From positions 96,001-160,000 of the forward strand of contig CAXMWX010000003.1 of NCBI GenBank assembly GCA_963422205.2: a stretch of DNA of 64,000 bases, in the 5' to 3' direction. Positions within the stretch are counted from its first letter, which is position 1, and each line of letters starts with the position of its first letter. The stretch comes from Gammaproteobacteria bacterium. GTDB taxonomy: Bacteria; Pseudomonadota; Gammaproteobacteria; Eutrophobiales; Eutrophobiaceae. Position numbers and translations under genes: made by a program. This document shows, in pieces, positions 20,169 to 30,700 of the stretch. The notes under the pieces are model-generated. The model made no database searches, was not told where the DNA came from, and saw only the letters and a list, made by a program, of their open reading frames with translations.

Positions 20169-20630
20169 ATGCGTTTGACAACCAAAGGCCGCTATGCTGT
20201 CACCGCCATGCTGGACTTGGCCCTGCACGACAGCCAGGGCCCGATCAATCTGGCCGATATCGCCTCCCGGCAGGGGATCTCGCTGCCGTATCTGGAGCAG
20301 TTGTTTTCCCGTCTGCGCCGATGCGGTCTGGTGTGCAGTGCGCGCGGGCCTGGCGGTGGCTACCGTCTGCACCGGGCGATGCAGGACATCTCCGTGGCCG
20401 ATGTGATTCAGGCCGTGGATGAGGCCGTGGACGCCACACGTTGTGGTGGCAGTAAAAATTGTCAGGGCGATGAGACCTGCTTAACGCATGAGTTGTGGGA
20501 AGAGTTAAGCGACCGCATCACGACTTTTTTAAGCGACATCAGCCTGGCCAATCTGGTGCAGCGCCAGACTGTACGGCGGGTATCCCAACGCCAGGAGCAG
20601 GCCCTGCTGCACATGCCGATAAATCAGTGA
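20169..20630 (+). CDS. iscR: Fe-S cluster assembly regulator IscR
   Basis: [24 protein letters not shown] and C-x5-C-x5-C-x2-H ligands. Confidence 0.96.
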   Translation: MRLTTKGRYAVTAMLDLALHDSQGPINLADIASRQGISLPYLEQLFSRLRRCGLVCSARGPGGGYRLHRAMQDISVADVIQAVDEAVDATRCGGSKNCQGDETCLTHELWEELSDRITTFLSDISLANLVQRQTVRRVSQRQEQALLHMPINQ

Positions 20631-20644
20631 AGAGCAGAGACATC

Positions 20645-20998
20645 ATGAACACAGCAGATATTGTATTAACAGAGCGAGCTGCAAACCATGTCAAAAACTT
20701 TCTGGCAACGCAGGCGATGGGTGTTGGCCTGCGGGTGGCGGTAAAAACGACAGGCTGTTCCGGTCATCAATATGTCGTTGAGATGGCCAAGTCTGTTGGC
20801 GAGCAGGATACAACCTTTGAATCCAACGGCGTCAAGATCGTTGTTGATGCGTTGAGCCTGCGTTATCTCAAAGGCACGGAGATGGACTATGTCAAAGAGG
20901 GCATCAATGAGATATTTAAATTCAACAATCCCAATGTGGCCGAGACCTGTGGGTGTGGTGAAAGTTTCAGCATCGCCGAACCCCCGCAGGATAAATAG
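20645..20998 (+). CDS. iscA: A-type Fe-S carrier (IscA/SufA)
   Basis: TTGCSG and NPN...CGCGESF motifs. Confidence 0.92.
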   Translation: MNTADIVLTERAANHVKNFLATQAMGVGLRVAVKTTGCSGHQYVVEMAKSVGEQDTTFESNGVKIVVDALSLRYLKGTEMDYVKEGINEIFKFNNPNVAETCGCGESFSIAEPPQDK

Positions 20999-21023
20999 CG
21001 AACGTCAACCCGGAGAGATACAG

Positions 21024-22472
21024 ATGCCCAGTGAAGCCCAGGAAGTCGAACAACTGATTCAGAAGGAATACGAGCACGGCTTTGTCACCGATATCGCCAC
21101 CGATACCGTCCCGCCCGGCTTAAATGAGGACGTCATACGCCACATCTCGGCCAAGAAAAATGAACCGGGCTGGTTGTTGCAGTGGCGCCTGGATGCTTAC
21201 CGCAAATGGCTGAAGATGACACCGCCCGCCTGGGCGCACGTCCAGCACGAGGCGATCGACTACCAGGCCATCTCGTATTACTCCGCTCCCAAATCCAAAG
21301 ACGATGCACCCAGAAGCCTGGATGAGGTTGATCCGAAATTGCTGGAGACCTATGAGAAACTGGGCATTCCTTTACATGAGCAAAAGATGCTGGTGGGGGT
21401 GGCGGTGGATGCTGTGTTTGACAGCGTCTCGGTCGCCACTACCTTCAAGGAGAAGCTGGCTGAGGCGGGGGTCATCTTCTGCTCGTTCTCAGAGGCCGTG
21501 CAAACGCATCCTGAGCTGGTAAAGCAATATCTTGGCTCAGTCGTGCCGACCGGCGATAATTTCTACGCCGCCCTGAACTCGGCGGTCTTCACCGATGGTT
21601 CGTTTTGTTACATTCCGAAAAACACCCGTTGCCCGATGGAATTGTCGACATATTTCCGGATCAATGCGGCCAATACCGGCCAGTTTGAAAGGACGCTGAT
21701 CGTGGCTGATGTCGGCAGCCATGTCAGCTATCTGGAAGGCTGCACGGCACCGATGCGCGATGAGAATCAGTTACATGCGGCGGTGGTGGAGTTGGTGGCG
21801 CTGGATGATGCCGAGATAAAATATTCCACCGTGCAGAACTGGTACCCCGGCGATGAGAACGGTATCGGCGGTATTTATAACTTTGTCACCAAGCGGGGCG
21901 ATTGCCGCGGTGCGAACGCGAAAATCTGCTGGACACAGGTAGAGACTGGCTCGGCGATTACCTGGAAATACCCCAGTTGTATTCTTCGGGGCGAGAACTC
22001 CACCGGCGAATTTTATTCTGTGGCGGTCGCCAATCACCACCAGCAGGCCGACACCGGCACCAAGATGATTCATCTGGGCAAGAACACCCGCAGCACGATC
22101 ATCGCCAAGGGGATCTCTGCAAGACAGGGGCAAAATGCCTACCGGGGTCTGGTACACATCGGCAGTCATGCCGAATCGGCACGCAACTATACGCAATGCG
22201 ATTCCCTGCTCATGGGCGATCAATGCGGGGCGCACACCTTCCCTTATGTGGAGAGCAAGAACGCCAGCGCACAACTGGAGCATGAGGCCACGACCTCCAG
22301 GATAAGCGACGATCAACTGTTTTACTGTCGGCAACGCGGGATCGATGAGGAGGATGCGGTCAACATGATCGTCAACGGTTTTTGCAAAGCCGTGTTCAAG
22401 GAACTGCCGATGGAGTTTGCCGTTGAGGCGCAACGCCTGATGAATGTCACGCTGGAAGGGGCGGTTGGCTGA
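21024..22472 (+). CDS. sufB: Fe-S assembly protein SufB
   Basis: [27 protein letters not shown] and HEATTS motifs. Confidence 0.98.
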   Translation: MPSEAQEVEQLIQKEYEHGFVTDIATDTVPPGLNEDVIRHISAKKNEPGWLLQWRLDAYRKWLKMTPPAWAHVQHEAIDYQAISYYSAPKSKDDAPRSLDEVDPKLLETYEKLGIPLHEQKMLVGVAVDAVFDSVSVATTFKEKLAEAGVIFCSFSEAVQTHPELVKQYLGSVVPTGDNFYAALNSAVFTDGSFCYIPKNTRCPMELSTYFRINAANTGQFERTLIVADVGSHVSYLEGCTAPMRDENQLHAAVVELVALDDAEIKYSTVQNWYPGDENGIGGIYNFVTKRGDCRGANAKICWTQVETGSAITWKYPSCILRGENSTGEFYSVAVANHHQQADTGTKMIHLGKNTRSTIIAKGISARQGQNAYRGLVHIGSHAESARNYTQCDSLLMGDQCGAHTFPYVESKNASAQLEHEATTSRISDDQLFYCRQRGIDEEDAVNMIVNGFCKAVFKELPMEFAVEAQRLMNVTLEGAVG

Positions 22473-22527
22473 TGGTTGGCTAATAACAGGCGCACGGCAA
22501 GCTAAGCAAAAGCAAACGAGGATAACG

Positions 22528-23283
22528 ATGTTAACGATAGATAATTTACAGGTCAAAGTGAAAGGCAAGCAGATTCTGCACGGCCTCGCGCTAACGGTTA
22601 AGCCCGGCGAGGTGCATGCGGTCATGGGGCCGAATGGCTCAGGCAAGAGCACCCTGGCCAATGTCCTGGCTGGCCGTGAGGGTTATGACGTGACTGCCGG
22701 CACAGTCAGCTACCAGGGGCAGGACCTGCTGGCACTGCCGCCGGAGGCACGCGCCCGTGCAGGCGTGTTTCTGGCCTTTCAGTACCCGGTGGAAATTCCG
22801 GGCGTCAATAATATTTATTTGCTCAAGGCGGCGGTCAATGCCATACGGGTGCATCGGGGCGAGGGCGAGTTGGATGCGGTTGATTTCCTCAAACTGGTGC
22901 GGGAGAAGATGCGTATCGTCAACATGCAGGAAGAGCTGCTTAACCGCTCTGTGAACGAGGGTTTCTCTGGCGGCGAGAAGAAGCGCAACGAGATCTTTCA
23001 GATGGCGGTGCTGGAGCCAACGCTGGCCATCCTGGATGAGACCGATTCCGGCCTGGATATTGATGCCCTGAAGGTGGTGGCTGAAGGGGTCAACAGCTTG
23101 CGTAACGAACACCGCGCGATCGTCCTGGTCACACATTATCAGCGCCTGCTGAATTATATCGTGCCGGATCACGTGCATGTGTTATCTGCTGGTCGCATTA
23201 TCAAATCCGGCGATAAGAACCTGGCCGTTGCACTGGAAGAGAAAGGCTATGACTGGGTCAGGCAGGAGGCCGAGGCCGCATGA
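22528..23283 (+). CDS. sufC: Fe-S assembly ATPase SufC
   Basis: GPNGSGKST, FSGGEKKRNE and LDETDSGLD motifs. Confidence 0.98.
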   Translation: MLTIDNLQVKVKGKQILHGLALTVKPGEVHAVMGPNGSGKSTLANVLAGREGYDVTAGTVSYQGQDLLALPPEARARAGVFLAFQYPVEIPGVNNIYLLKAAVNAIRVHRGEGELDAVDFLKLVREKMRIVNMQEELLNRSVNEGFSGGEKKRNEIFQMAVLEPTLAILDETDSGLDIDALKVVAEGVNSLRNEHRAIVLVTHYQRLLNYIVPDHVHVLSAGRIIKSGDKNLAVALEEKGYDWVRQEAEAA

Positions 23284-24596
23284 GTGAACTTGCTGTTAAG
23301 CATTATGCCGATGAGTTCGCCCGCACCCGGAACGAACACCCGGGCGCAGCGTTGGGTGAGCAGGCGATGGCCTTCATACAGACCCAGGGCTTCCCCACCA
23401 CCCGGCAGGAAAACTGGCGCTATACGGATGTTAAGAATATTACCCGGCGCCGGTTTTGCACGATCAATGCGCCCCGTCCGGACCCTGCCTTGCTTGACTC
23501 CAGCCGCTTTGGCGATCTGCACTGCCATGAATTACGCTTTATCAACGGCAGACACATTGACGCAGCGCCTGATCCTGCCGTGCTGCCTGAGGGCGTCACA
23601 GCACGCCCGCTACTGGTCGCATTGGAGCAGCAGCCTGAGCTGATCAAGCATCTCGGTGCAGAGACAGAAAAGGGCTATAAACATGCGTTCACCGCCCTGA
23701 ACCTTGCCCTGGTTACCGGCGGTGTGGTGATTGAGGTGGCGGATAATACCGAGCTGACTGTCCCCATTAACCTGTTGTATATGGCGAACCAGCAGGCCGA
23801 TGCCATCGCCGCCTGTCCGTTTAACCTGATTCTGATGGGCCGGCACAGCAAGGCCACGGTGATCGAAAGCTATATCGGCGCAGAAGGGGCGGAATACTTC
23901 ACCAACACCCGCACCTCTATCCATGCCGCTGCCGGTGCCGCATTGACTCATTATAAAATTCAGCAGGAATCGCTGCAGGCGTTTCATATCGGCCATACGC
24001 ATATTGTGCAGCGGCAGGACAGCACGGTGACCTCACATTCCCTTGCCCTGGGCGGTGCGCTGGCCCGTAACGATATTGATGTGGCCCTGGCCGAGGCCGG
24101 TGCACACGTCAACCTGAACGGCCTGTACATGACCCATGGGCGTCAGCATGTGGATAATCATACCCATGTTGATCATCTGGCCTCACACACCCGCAGTAAT
24201 GAAATTTATCGTGGCGTCATGAACGATCATTCCCGTGCGGTATTCAATGGCAAGGTGGTAGTACACCAGCAGGCGCAAAGAATTGAAGCGCATCAATCCA
24301 ATGCCAACCTGCTGCTGTCTGACCATGCCGAGATTGATACCAAGCCCGAGCTTGAAATCTATGCAGATGATGTCAAGTGCAGTCACGGTGCCACCGTTGG
24401 CCAGTTGGATGAGGACATGTTGTTTTATCTTCGCACAAGAGCCATTGATGAGAAGACAGCGAGCAGTTTATTGATCTATGCCTTTGCCGATGAGGTGATC
24501 AGGCGCATTGATATTTCGCAGATCCGGGAGCATCTCGAATACAGCGTTGTTGGCAAGCTGCCCGACAGCACGTTAATCAAGGCATTTATCTCATGA
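23280..24596 (+). CDS. sufD: Fe-S assembly protein SufD
   Basis: E.WRYT and KPELEIYADDVKCSHGATVG motifs. Confidence 0.97.
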   Translation: MSELAVKHYADEFARTRNEHPGAALGEQAMAFIQTQGFPTTRQENWRYTDVKNITRRRFCTINAPRPDPALLDSSRFGDLHCHELRFINGRHIDAAPDPAVLPEGVTARPLLVALEQQPELIKHLGAETEKGYKHAFTALNLALVTGGVVIEVADNTELTVPINLLYMANQQADAIAACPFNLILMGRHSKATVIESYIGAEGAEYFTNTRTSIHAAAGAALTHYKIQQESLQAFHIGHTHIVQRQDSTVTSHSLALGGALARNDIDVALAEAGAHVNLNGLYMTHGRQHVDNHTHVDHLASHTRSNEIYRGVMNDHSRAVFNGKVVVHQQAQRIEAHQSNANLLLSDHAEIDTKPELEIYADDVKCSHGATVGQLDEDMLFYLRTRAIDEKTASSLLIYAFADEVIRRIDISQIREHLEYSVVGKLPDSTLIKAFIS

Positions 24597-25852
24597 TGCA
24601 GAGTAACACAGCGAGGCGATTGCAGGATAAAACGGCATTTGATGCAGCCCATTATCGTTGCGACTTCCCCATTCTGACCCAGCAGGTGCATGGCAAGCCG
24701 CTTGTCTATCTGGATAATGCGGCTACCACGCAGAAACCGTTAGCCGTCATAGAAACCCTGAATGCGTATTATCGTCAGTACAACTCAAACATCCATCGTG
24801 GCCTGCACAGCTTGAGTGAACAGGCGACCGCTGCCTATGAGGCCAGCCGTGAGAAGACTCGCCGGTTCATCAATGCCGCTGCCACGACAGAGATTATTTT
24901 TACCCGGGGTGCCACAGAGGCGATCAACCTGGTTGCCCAGACCTGGGGGCGCGCTCATCTTAAACCCGGTGATGAGATCATCGTCTCGGAGATGGAACAT
25001 CACGCCAACATCGTACCCTGGCAGATGCTGTGCGAACAGACAGGTGCTGTGCTGAGGGTTATCCCCATTAACGCAGCGGGCGAGATCATGCTTGAGGACT
25101 ATGAGCGCTTGTTGAATGTACGCACCCGGCTGGTGGCGATAGTGCATATCTCCAATGCCCTGGGAACGATTAATCCGGTGCAGTCCATGATCAGCAAAGC
25201 CAAAGCCGTGAATGCGGTCACACTGATCGATGGCGCACAGTCAGTGCCGCATGAAAAAATTGATGTGCAGGGGCTTGGCTGTGATTTTTTTGTCTTCTCC
25301 GGCCATAAATTATTTGGCCCCACCGGTATTGGTGTGTTGTACGGCAGAGAAGCATTGCTTGAGGCCATGCCGCCTTATCAGGGGGGAGGTGATATGATAA
25401 AAATGGTCACCTTTGAGAAGACACAATACAATGCCCTGCCGCATAAATTCGAGGCTGGCACGCCGCACATTGCCGGTGCCATCGGTTTGGGTGCTGCCAT
25501 GGATTACCTTGACAATATGGATTTCTCCCGGCTGGCTGAATATGAACAGGATCTTCTGGGCTATGCCACGGATGCCGCCAGCACTGTCGCTGGCCTTAAA
25601 CTCATCGGCACGGCAAAACATAAAACCAGCATCCTGTCATTTATCATATCGGGTATTCATCCGCATGATCTCGGTACGATACTGGACAATGAAGGCATTG
25701 CCATTCGGGCCGGACACCACTGTGCCATGCCGGTCATGGACAGGTTCAACGTCCCGGCAACCGCCCGTGCCTCTTTTGCCTTCTACAATACCCGAACCGA
25801 AGTCGATGTCCTGATCAATGCCATAGACAAGGCAAAGCGGATTTTCTCCTGA
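24593..25852 (+). CDS. sufS: Group II cysteine desulfurase SufS
   Basis: YLDNAATTQKP, SGHK and RAGHHCA motifs. Confidence 0.97.
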   Translation: MMQSNTARRLQDKTAFDAAHYRCDFPILTQQVHGKPLVYLDNAATTQKPLAVIETLNAYYRQYNSNIHRGLHSLSEQATAAYEASREKTRRFINAAATTEIIFTRGATEAINLVAQTWGRAHLKPGDEIIVSEMEHHANIVPWQMLCEQTGAVLRVIPINAAGEIMLEDYERLLNVRTRLVAIVHISNALGTINPVQSMISKAKAVNAVTLIDGAQSVPHEKIDVQGLGCDFFVFSGHKLFGPTGIGVLYGREALLEAMPPYQGGGDMIKMVTFEKTQYNALPHKFEAGTPHIAGAIGLGAAMDYLDNMDFSRLAEYEQDLLGYATDAASTVAGLKLIGTAKHKTSILSFIISGIHPHDLGTILDNEGIAIRAGHHCAMPVMDRFNVPATARASFAFYNTRTEVDVLINAIDKAKRIFS

Positions 25853-25860
25853 CACGTATC

Positions 25861-26310
25861 ATGTTTGATCTGAAAGACCTGTATCAGGAAGTGATCGTTG
25901 ATCACAACAGAAGCCCGCGCAACTTTGGCAAACTGGAGGATGCCGATACTGCCCTGGAAGGCTTTAATCCGCTGTGTGGCGATCGCCTCACCCTGTATCT
26001 CAAAGTCGCTGATGAGCGCATCAACGATATCCGTTTTGATGGTAACGGCTGTGCCATCTCCATGGCATCCGCCTCGCTGATGACCGAGGCCATGCACGGC
26101 AAAAACATCAGCGAAGCTGCGGCAATTTTTGCAGAATTTCATGCCATGGTCACTGCCGCCGACAGCGAGATAGACCCAGAGAAGCTGGGCAAACTCGCCG
26201 CCCTTGCGGGTGTCAGAGACTATCCTTCCCGGGTGAAATGCGCCACCTTATGCTGGCATACGCTTAACTCCGCCATTCATGGCAACCAGAGCCCGGTAAC
26301 CACAGAGTGA
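25861..26310 (+). CDS. sufU: SufU sulfur-transfer/scaffold protein
   Basis: LYQEVI.DH, NPLCGD, GCAIS and RVKC motifs. Confidence 0.94.
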   Translation: MFDLKDLYQEVIVDHNRSPRNFGKLEDADTALEGFNPLCGDRLTLYLKVADERINDIRFDGNGCAISMASASLMTEAMHGKNISEAAAIFAEFHAMVTAADSEIDPEKLGKLAALAGVRDYPSRVKCATLCWHTLNSAIHGNQSPVTTE

Positions 26311-26864
26311 ACATGTACCAACAGGAACCGGTGACCGTCATCAGAGAGTGTGAGGCGATACTCATCCCCACCGGCACGCCCATTACCTTGCCGGAGCACA
26401 CCGTGGTGTTTATTACGCAGGCATTAGGAGGCAACTACACGGTGAATGTCAACGGCAACTTGGCGCAGGTTGGTGCTAAAGATGCCGATGCCCTGGGTTT
26501 CGATATCCCGGATGAACTCACCGAAGAGCAACTTCCCAATGCCGATGGCTCGGTTAATGAGGAGCACTTATGGGCGCAAATGCGTACCTGTTATGATCCG
26601 GAGATTCCCATCAATGTCGTTGACCTGGGGTTGATCTATGGCTGTGAGATCGGCACGGGCGCCAGCGGCGAGAATGAGATCAGCGTGCTGATGACGCTGA
26701 CTGCCCCCGGCTGTGGCATGGGCGATTTTCTGGCCGCCGATGTCCGCAGCAAACTTGAAGCCGTGCCCAATGTCGACAGCGTGCATGTTGAGCTGACGTT
26801 TGACCCTCCCTGGGATCAGGCCATGATGAGCGATGCTGCACGCCTTGAAGCCGGGCTTTACTGA
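26307..26864 (+). CDS. sufT: Fe-S assembly protein SufT (DUF59)
   Basis: YDPEIP.NVVDLGL, TLTAPGC and FDPPW motifs. Confidence 0.93.
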   Translation: MNMYQQEPVTVIRECEAILIPTGTPITLPEHTVVFITQALGGNYTVNVNGNLAQVGAKDADALGFDIPDELTEEQLPNADGSVNEEHLWAQMRTCYDPEIPINVVDLGLIYGCEIGTGASGENEISVLMTLTAPGCGMGDFLAADVRSKLEAVPNVDSVHVELTFDPPWDQAMMSDAARLEAGLY

Positions 26865-26882
26865 GCCTAAGGGCAGCCGCCG

Positions 26883-27221
26883 ATGGCCGACTGGGTGGAT
26901 GTCGACAGGATAGAGAATTTCTCCGCCGGGGATGCCCGGCTTGTCGATGTAAATGACACCATGATAGCGGTCTACAACATAGCCGGCGAGTTCCATGCGC
27001 TTGAAGACCGCTGTACCCATGATGGCTCGGCCATACTCGGAAGCGGCCTCAAACCCGCCGAGCTTGTCAACGGCGATGAGTTGACCTGCCCCTATCATGG
27101 TGCTGTGTTCTGCATCCGCACAGGGGCGGCGCTGGCACCGCCCGCCTATGAGCCGGTCACCTGCTTCCCGGTGCGGGTTGAACAGGGCATGGTGCAAGTC
27201 TGCGATCCGCGCTGGGATTGA
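26883..27221 (+). CDS. Rieske-type ferredoxin
   Basis: CTH...CPYH Rieske ligands. Confidence 0.9.
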   Translation: MADWVDVDRIENFSAGDARLVDVNDTMIAVYNIAGEFHALEDRCTHDGSAILGSGLKPAELVNGDELTCPYHGAVFCIRTGAALAPPAYEPVTCFPVRVEQGMVQVCDPRWD

Positions 27222-27336
27222 TAAAAGTTCATAAAAATCAATAGTTACAGGAATTACATTTTATTCAGGGAACGAATAAACGTATAATTCCGCCTCCTGT
27301 AACCTGTAGGCGATTGACTCTGTGGAGTGCCACCTG

Positions 27337-27777
27337 ATGCCCGTGCAAAAGACTTTATCCATCATCAAGCCCGATGCCGTTGCAAAGAATATGATGGGTG
27401 CCATCTATCAGCGCTTTGAGCAGGCCGGGCTAAGGATCATTGCCGCTAAAATGCTGCACCTGACCGAGCAGCAGGCGGCCGACTTTTACGCCATACATGC
27501 CGACAAACCTTTTTTTCAGGAGTTGGTGAGCTTCATGACATCCGGCCCGGTCATGGTGCAGGTGCTGGAAGGCGAGGAGGCGATCCGGAAAAATCGCGAT
27601 CTCATGGGGGCAACCTTTCCCAAAGATGCCGCCGCCGGTACGATCCGGGCCGAGTTGTGTGATGTGCAAGGCGATCAGGGAGAGAACGCCGTGCATGGTT
27701 CAGATTCTAAGGAAAGTGCCGCGAGCGAGATCGCCTTTTTTTTCGCTGACGAGGAGCTCTGTCCGCGCACCAGATAA
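27337..27777 (+). CDS. ndk: Nucleoside diphosphate kinase
   Basis: [10 protein letters not shown] and NAVHGSDS motifs. Confidence 0.97.
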   Translation: MPVQKTLSIIKPDAVAKNMMGAIYQRFEQAGLRIIAAKMLHLTEQQAADFYAIHADKPFFQELVSFMTSGPVMVQVLEGEEAIRKNRDLMGATFPKDAAAGTIRAELCDVQGDQGENAVHGSDSKESAASEIAFFFADEELCPRTR

Positions 27778-27783
27778 GCCGCC

Positions 27784-28902
27784 GTGGTGTCAACTATGAA
27801 CCTGTTCGACCTCAACCAATCTGCCATGCGCGATTATTTTGCCGGTATGGCAGAGCCACCTTTTCGCGCAGGCCAGGTGATGAGATGGGTATATCATCAA
27901 GGCATTACCGGGGTTGGCGAGATGACCAATCTGAGCAAACAATTACGCGCCCGTCTCGCCGCGCAAACCCATTCACATCTGCCGAAGATCATTGCCGAGC
28001 AACTCTCACAGGATGGCACCAGAAAATGGCTGATGCAGATAGAGGGCGGGGGCGCTGTCGAATCTGTGTTCATCCCGGAGGCCGAGCGAGGAACTTTATG
28101 TATCTCATCGCAGGCGGGCTGTGCCTTGAACTGTGCGTTTTGTTCAACGGGTAAGCAGGGGTATAACCGCAACCTGTCCGTTGCCGAGATCATTGGCCAG
28201 CTTTGGCAGGCAAACAAGACGCTGGGGTATTTTGACAAGCAAACCCCGGATAAGAAAACCAGGCCGCAGGCGCGGATTATCAGTAATGTGGTGATGATGG
28301 GTATGGGCGAGCCGCTGCTGAATTTTGATAACGTCATCGCCGCCATGGACTTGATGAGCGATGATCTGGGGTTTGGCCTGGCAAACAAACGTATCACGTT
28401 AAGCACCGCTGGTGTGGTGCCTGGCATCTACAAGCTGGCCCGGCAAAGCAACGTCAGCCTGGCTATCTCTCTGCACGCTGTCAGTGATGCGTTGCGCGAT
28501 GTTTTGCTGCCAATCAATCAAGCCTACCCGATTGCCGAATTGCTCAAGGCATGTCGCTATTACAGTGATATGCACAAGGGGGCTTCGGTGACGTTTGAAT
28601 ACATTATGCTGCATAATGTGAATGATACGGAGCATGATGCGAGAGCGCTGGCGAGGCTCATGCGTACCCTGCCCGCCAAGGTTAACCTCATCCCGTTTAA
28701 TGATTTTCCGGGCGGTGAGTTTGCCTGCTCGCCGAGGCAGAAGATCGATAAATTCCGCGATATTTTGCTTAAATCAGATATCATCACCATCACAAGAAAG
28801 ACCCGTGGCGATGATATTAATGCCGCCTGCGGGCAACTTGTCGGTAAGGTCATCCCCCGTGCAGGCAGATATAACAAACAACAGGTGATGCGATCATGCT
28901 GA
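27784..28902 (+). CDS. rlmN: Radical SAM rRNA/tRNA methyltransferase RlmN
   Basis: CALNCAFC, MGMGEP and AACGQL motifs. Confidence 0.97.
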   Translation: MVSTMNLFDLNQSAMRDYFAGMAEPPFRAGQVMRWVYHQGITGVGEMTNLSKQLRARLAAQTHSHLPKIIAEQLSQDGTRKWLMQIEGGGAVESVFIPEAERGTLCISSQAGCALNCAFCSTGKQGYNRNLSVAEIIGQLWQANKTLGYFDKQTPDKKTRPQARIISNVVMMGMGEPLLNFDNVIAAMDLMSDDLGFGLANKRITLSTAGVVPGIYKLARQSNVSLAISLHAVSDALRDVLLPINQAYPIAELLKACRYYSDMHKGASVTFEYIMLHNVNDTEHDARALARLMRTLPAKVNLIPFNDFPGGEFACSPRQKIDKFRDILLKSDIITITRKTRGDDINAACGQLVGKVIPRAGRYNKQQVMRSC

Positions 28903-29657
28903 AAAGAATCATTTTTCTGGGGGTTTTACTTATCGGCGGATGCAGCAGCAACCCGAACCGTGATGCCGATATAAAACCCAGAGAAAAAGGCAACGAAGCG
29001 GCTATGGCCAACCTCAATCTGGCGATAGAATACATGCGCCGGGGCGAATATGAGCTGGCGCTTAACAAGATGGAACGTGCACGCCAGGCCGACCCGGAAT
29101 ACTACGCCACCTATAATGCCTTCGGCCTGTTGTACCAGCGGCTGGGCGATCCCAGGGAAGCCGAGAGAAACTTTAAAAAAGCCCTGTCATTAAGCGATAC
29201 AGATTCGGCCACCTTGAATAACTATGGCAGACTGCTGTGCCAGCAGGGGAGACTGCAACGGGCGGAGGAGACCTTTCTAAAAGCAGCACAGAACCCGTTA
29301 TATGCCACGCCCGATGTGCCGTTGAGCAATATCGCCCGCTGCCTGTATCTGAACGGACAAACCCCGGCGGCTGAAAAATATTTCCTTCAGGCCCTGGATA
29401 TCAACCCGCAGGGAACGATCGCCTTGCTGGACTTGAGCCAGATCAATTTTGACAGGCAAAATTATCTGGCTGCACGAACTTATATACAACGCTATGCCAG
29501 GATCGCCAGACATACCGCCGATAGCCTGTTGTTGGGCATTCAGATAGCACAGCAACTGGGCGATGAGAATGCCGTGTCCAGCTATGCCCTGCAACTGCGA
29601 AATAACTTCCCTGATTCACAGGCAGCACAGACCCTGGAATCCATGGGTATCCGTTAA
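28896..29657 (+). CDS. pilW: Type IV pilus biogenesis TPR lipoprotein PilW/PilF
   Basis: Lipobox IGGC, TPR repeats, NNYG..LC, NPLYATP; conserved position after rlmN. Confidence 0.9.
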   Translation: MLKRIIFLGVLLIGGCSSNPNRDADIKPREKGNEAAMANLNLAIEYMRRGEYELALNKMERARQADPEYYATYNAFGLLYQRLGDPREAERNFKKALSLSDTDSATLNNYGRLLCQQGRLQRAEETFLKAAQNPLYATPDVPLSNIARCLYLNGQTPAAEKYFLQALDINPQGTIALLDLSQINFDRQNYLAARTYIQRYARIARHTADSLLLGIQIAQQLGDENAVSSYALQLRNNFPDSQAAQTLESMGIR

Positions 29658-29659
29658 TC

Positions 29660-30655
29660 ATGGCCGATGCCGGCAAATTTGTTATCGGCAAATCGCCGGG
29701 TGCCTGCCTTAAACAATTACGGGAAGAACAAGCCCTGTCCATACAGGACATCGCCAGCCGGTTATATCTTGAACCTGGCATTATTGAAGCACTGGAGGCG
29801 GATAATTTCGAACAGTTGGCCTCGGCAACGTATGTACGAGGTTATCTCCGCAGTTATACCCGGCTGCTGGGTGTCCCGCCCGATACCGTGCTGGCGATGT
29901 ATCAGAACGACTTTGCGCCCCGGCCACCGGAAATTATTCCTGAGGTTCAGCTGAAAAATCAGCAAACCAGCAGCCGTGACAAACCCGTGTTGTTTTTTTC
30001 TTATTTGGTGGTGTTTGTGCTGATACTCTTGTTTCTCGCCTGGTGGCAAAGTCATTTCGTATTGGAGACTAACCAGGATAATAGCCTGCCCGACAAGGCA
30101 GAGAGTAGCGGGCAGGCTGACAGCATGCCCGCCAGCCCCCCAAATATTGAGGAATCGGAGATCGAAGAATCAGAGGTCGAGGAACCGACCCCGACCAGTG
30201 CCCTTGCCGACACCATGCCGCTGTCCGCACCAACACCGGTGGAACAAACGGATTCGGCGCAAACCTGGACCATCGAAAATCCACCGGTTGCAGGCGATGA
30301 TGCGCCGACCATCCCCCCGAACACTGAGGCGATCCCGCAGGCCGGTCGTGATGCTGAAAGATCGGATGCAGAGACATCGCCCGCCGTGCCGGGTATTGAT
30401 GAGCGTGGCAGCGGCCCCGACACCGTGGAGATACAGCTCTATGCCGACTCCTGGGTTGAGGTATTCGATCATAACGATGAAAAAATCTATCTGAACCTTG
30501 GCCGCGCAGGCCAGACCCTGCTGCTGCATGGCACAGCACCGTTTAATGTCCTGATCGGTTTCTCACAAGGCGTGGCGATCAAGTTTAACGGTCAGGATTT
30601 CGATCCGGCCCCTTTCTCACGGGCAGGCATCGCCCGCTTCAGTCTTGGCAATTAA
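29660..30655 (+). CDS. rodZ: Cytoskeleton protein RodZ
   Basis: N-terminal HTH (YVRGYLRSY), one TM, acidic linker, C-terminal DSWVEV domain. Confidence 0.9.
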   Translation: MADAGKFVIGKSPGACLKQLREEQALSIQDIASRLYLEPGIIEALEADNFEQLASATYVRGYLRSYTRLLGVPPDTVLAMYQNDFAPRPPEIIPEVQLKNQQTSSRDKPVLFFSYLVVFVLILLFLAWWQSHFVLETNQDNSLPDKAESSGQADSMPASPPNIEESEIEESEVEEPTPTSALADTMPLSAPTPVEQTDSAQTWTIENPPVAGDDAPTIPPNTEAIPQAGRDAERSDAETSPAVPGIDERGSGPDTVEIQLYADSWVEVFDHNDEKIYLNLGRAGQTLLLHGTAPFNVLIGFSQGVAIKFNGQDFDPAPFSRAGIARFSLGN

Positions 30656-30700
30656 CAACCCGCGGCCAGAGACGATGTATTGCGGCAGCCGGTGATCGGT

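Noticed and set aside
21771-22661. Long antisense ORFs (also 35276-36193, 45129-46046, 15675-16448)
   Set aside because: Shadow frames opposite well-supported genes in GC-rich DNA
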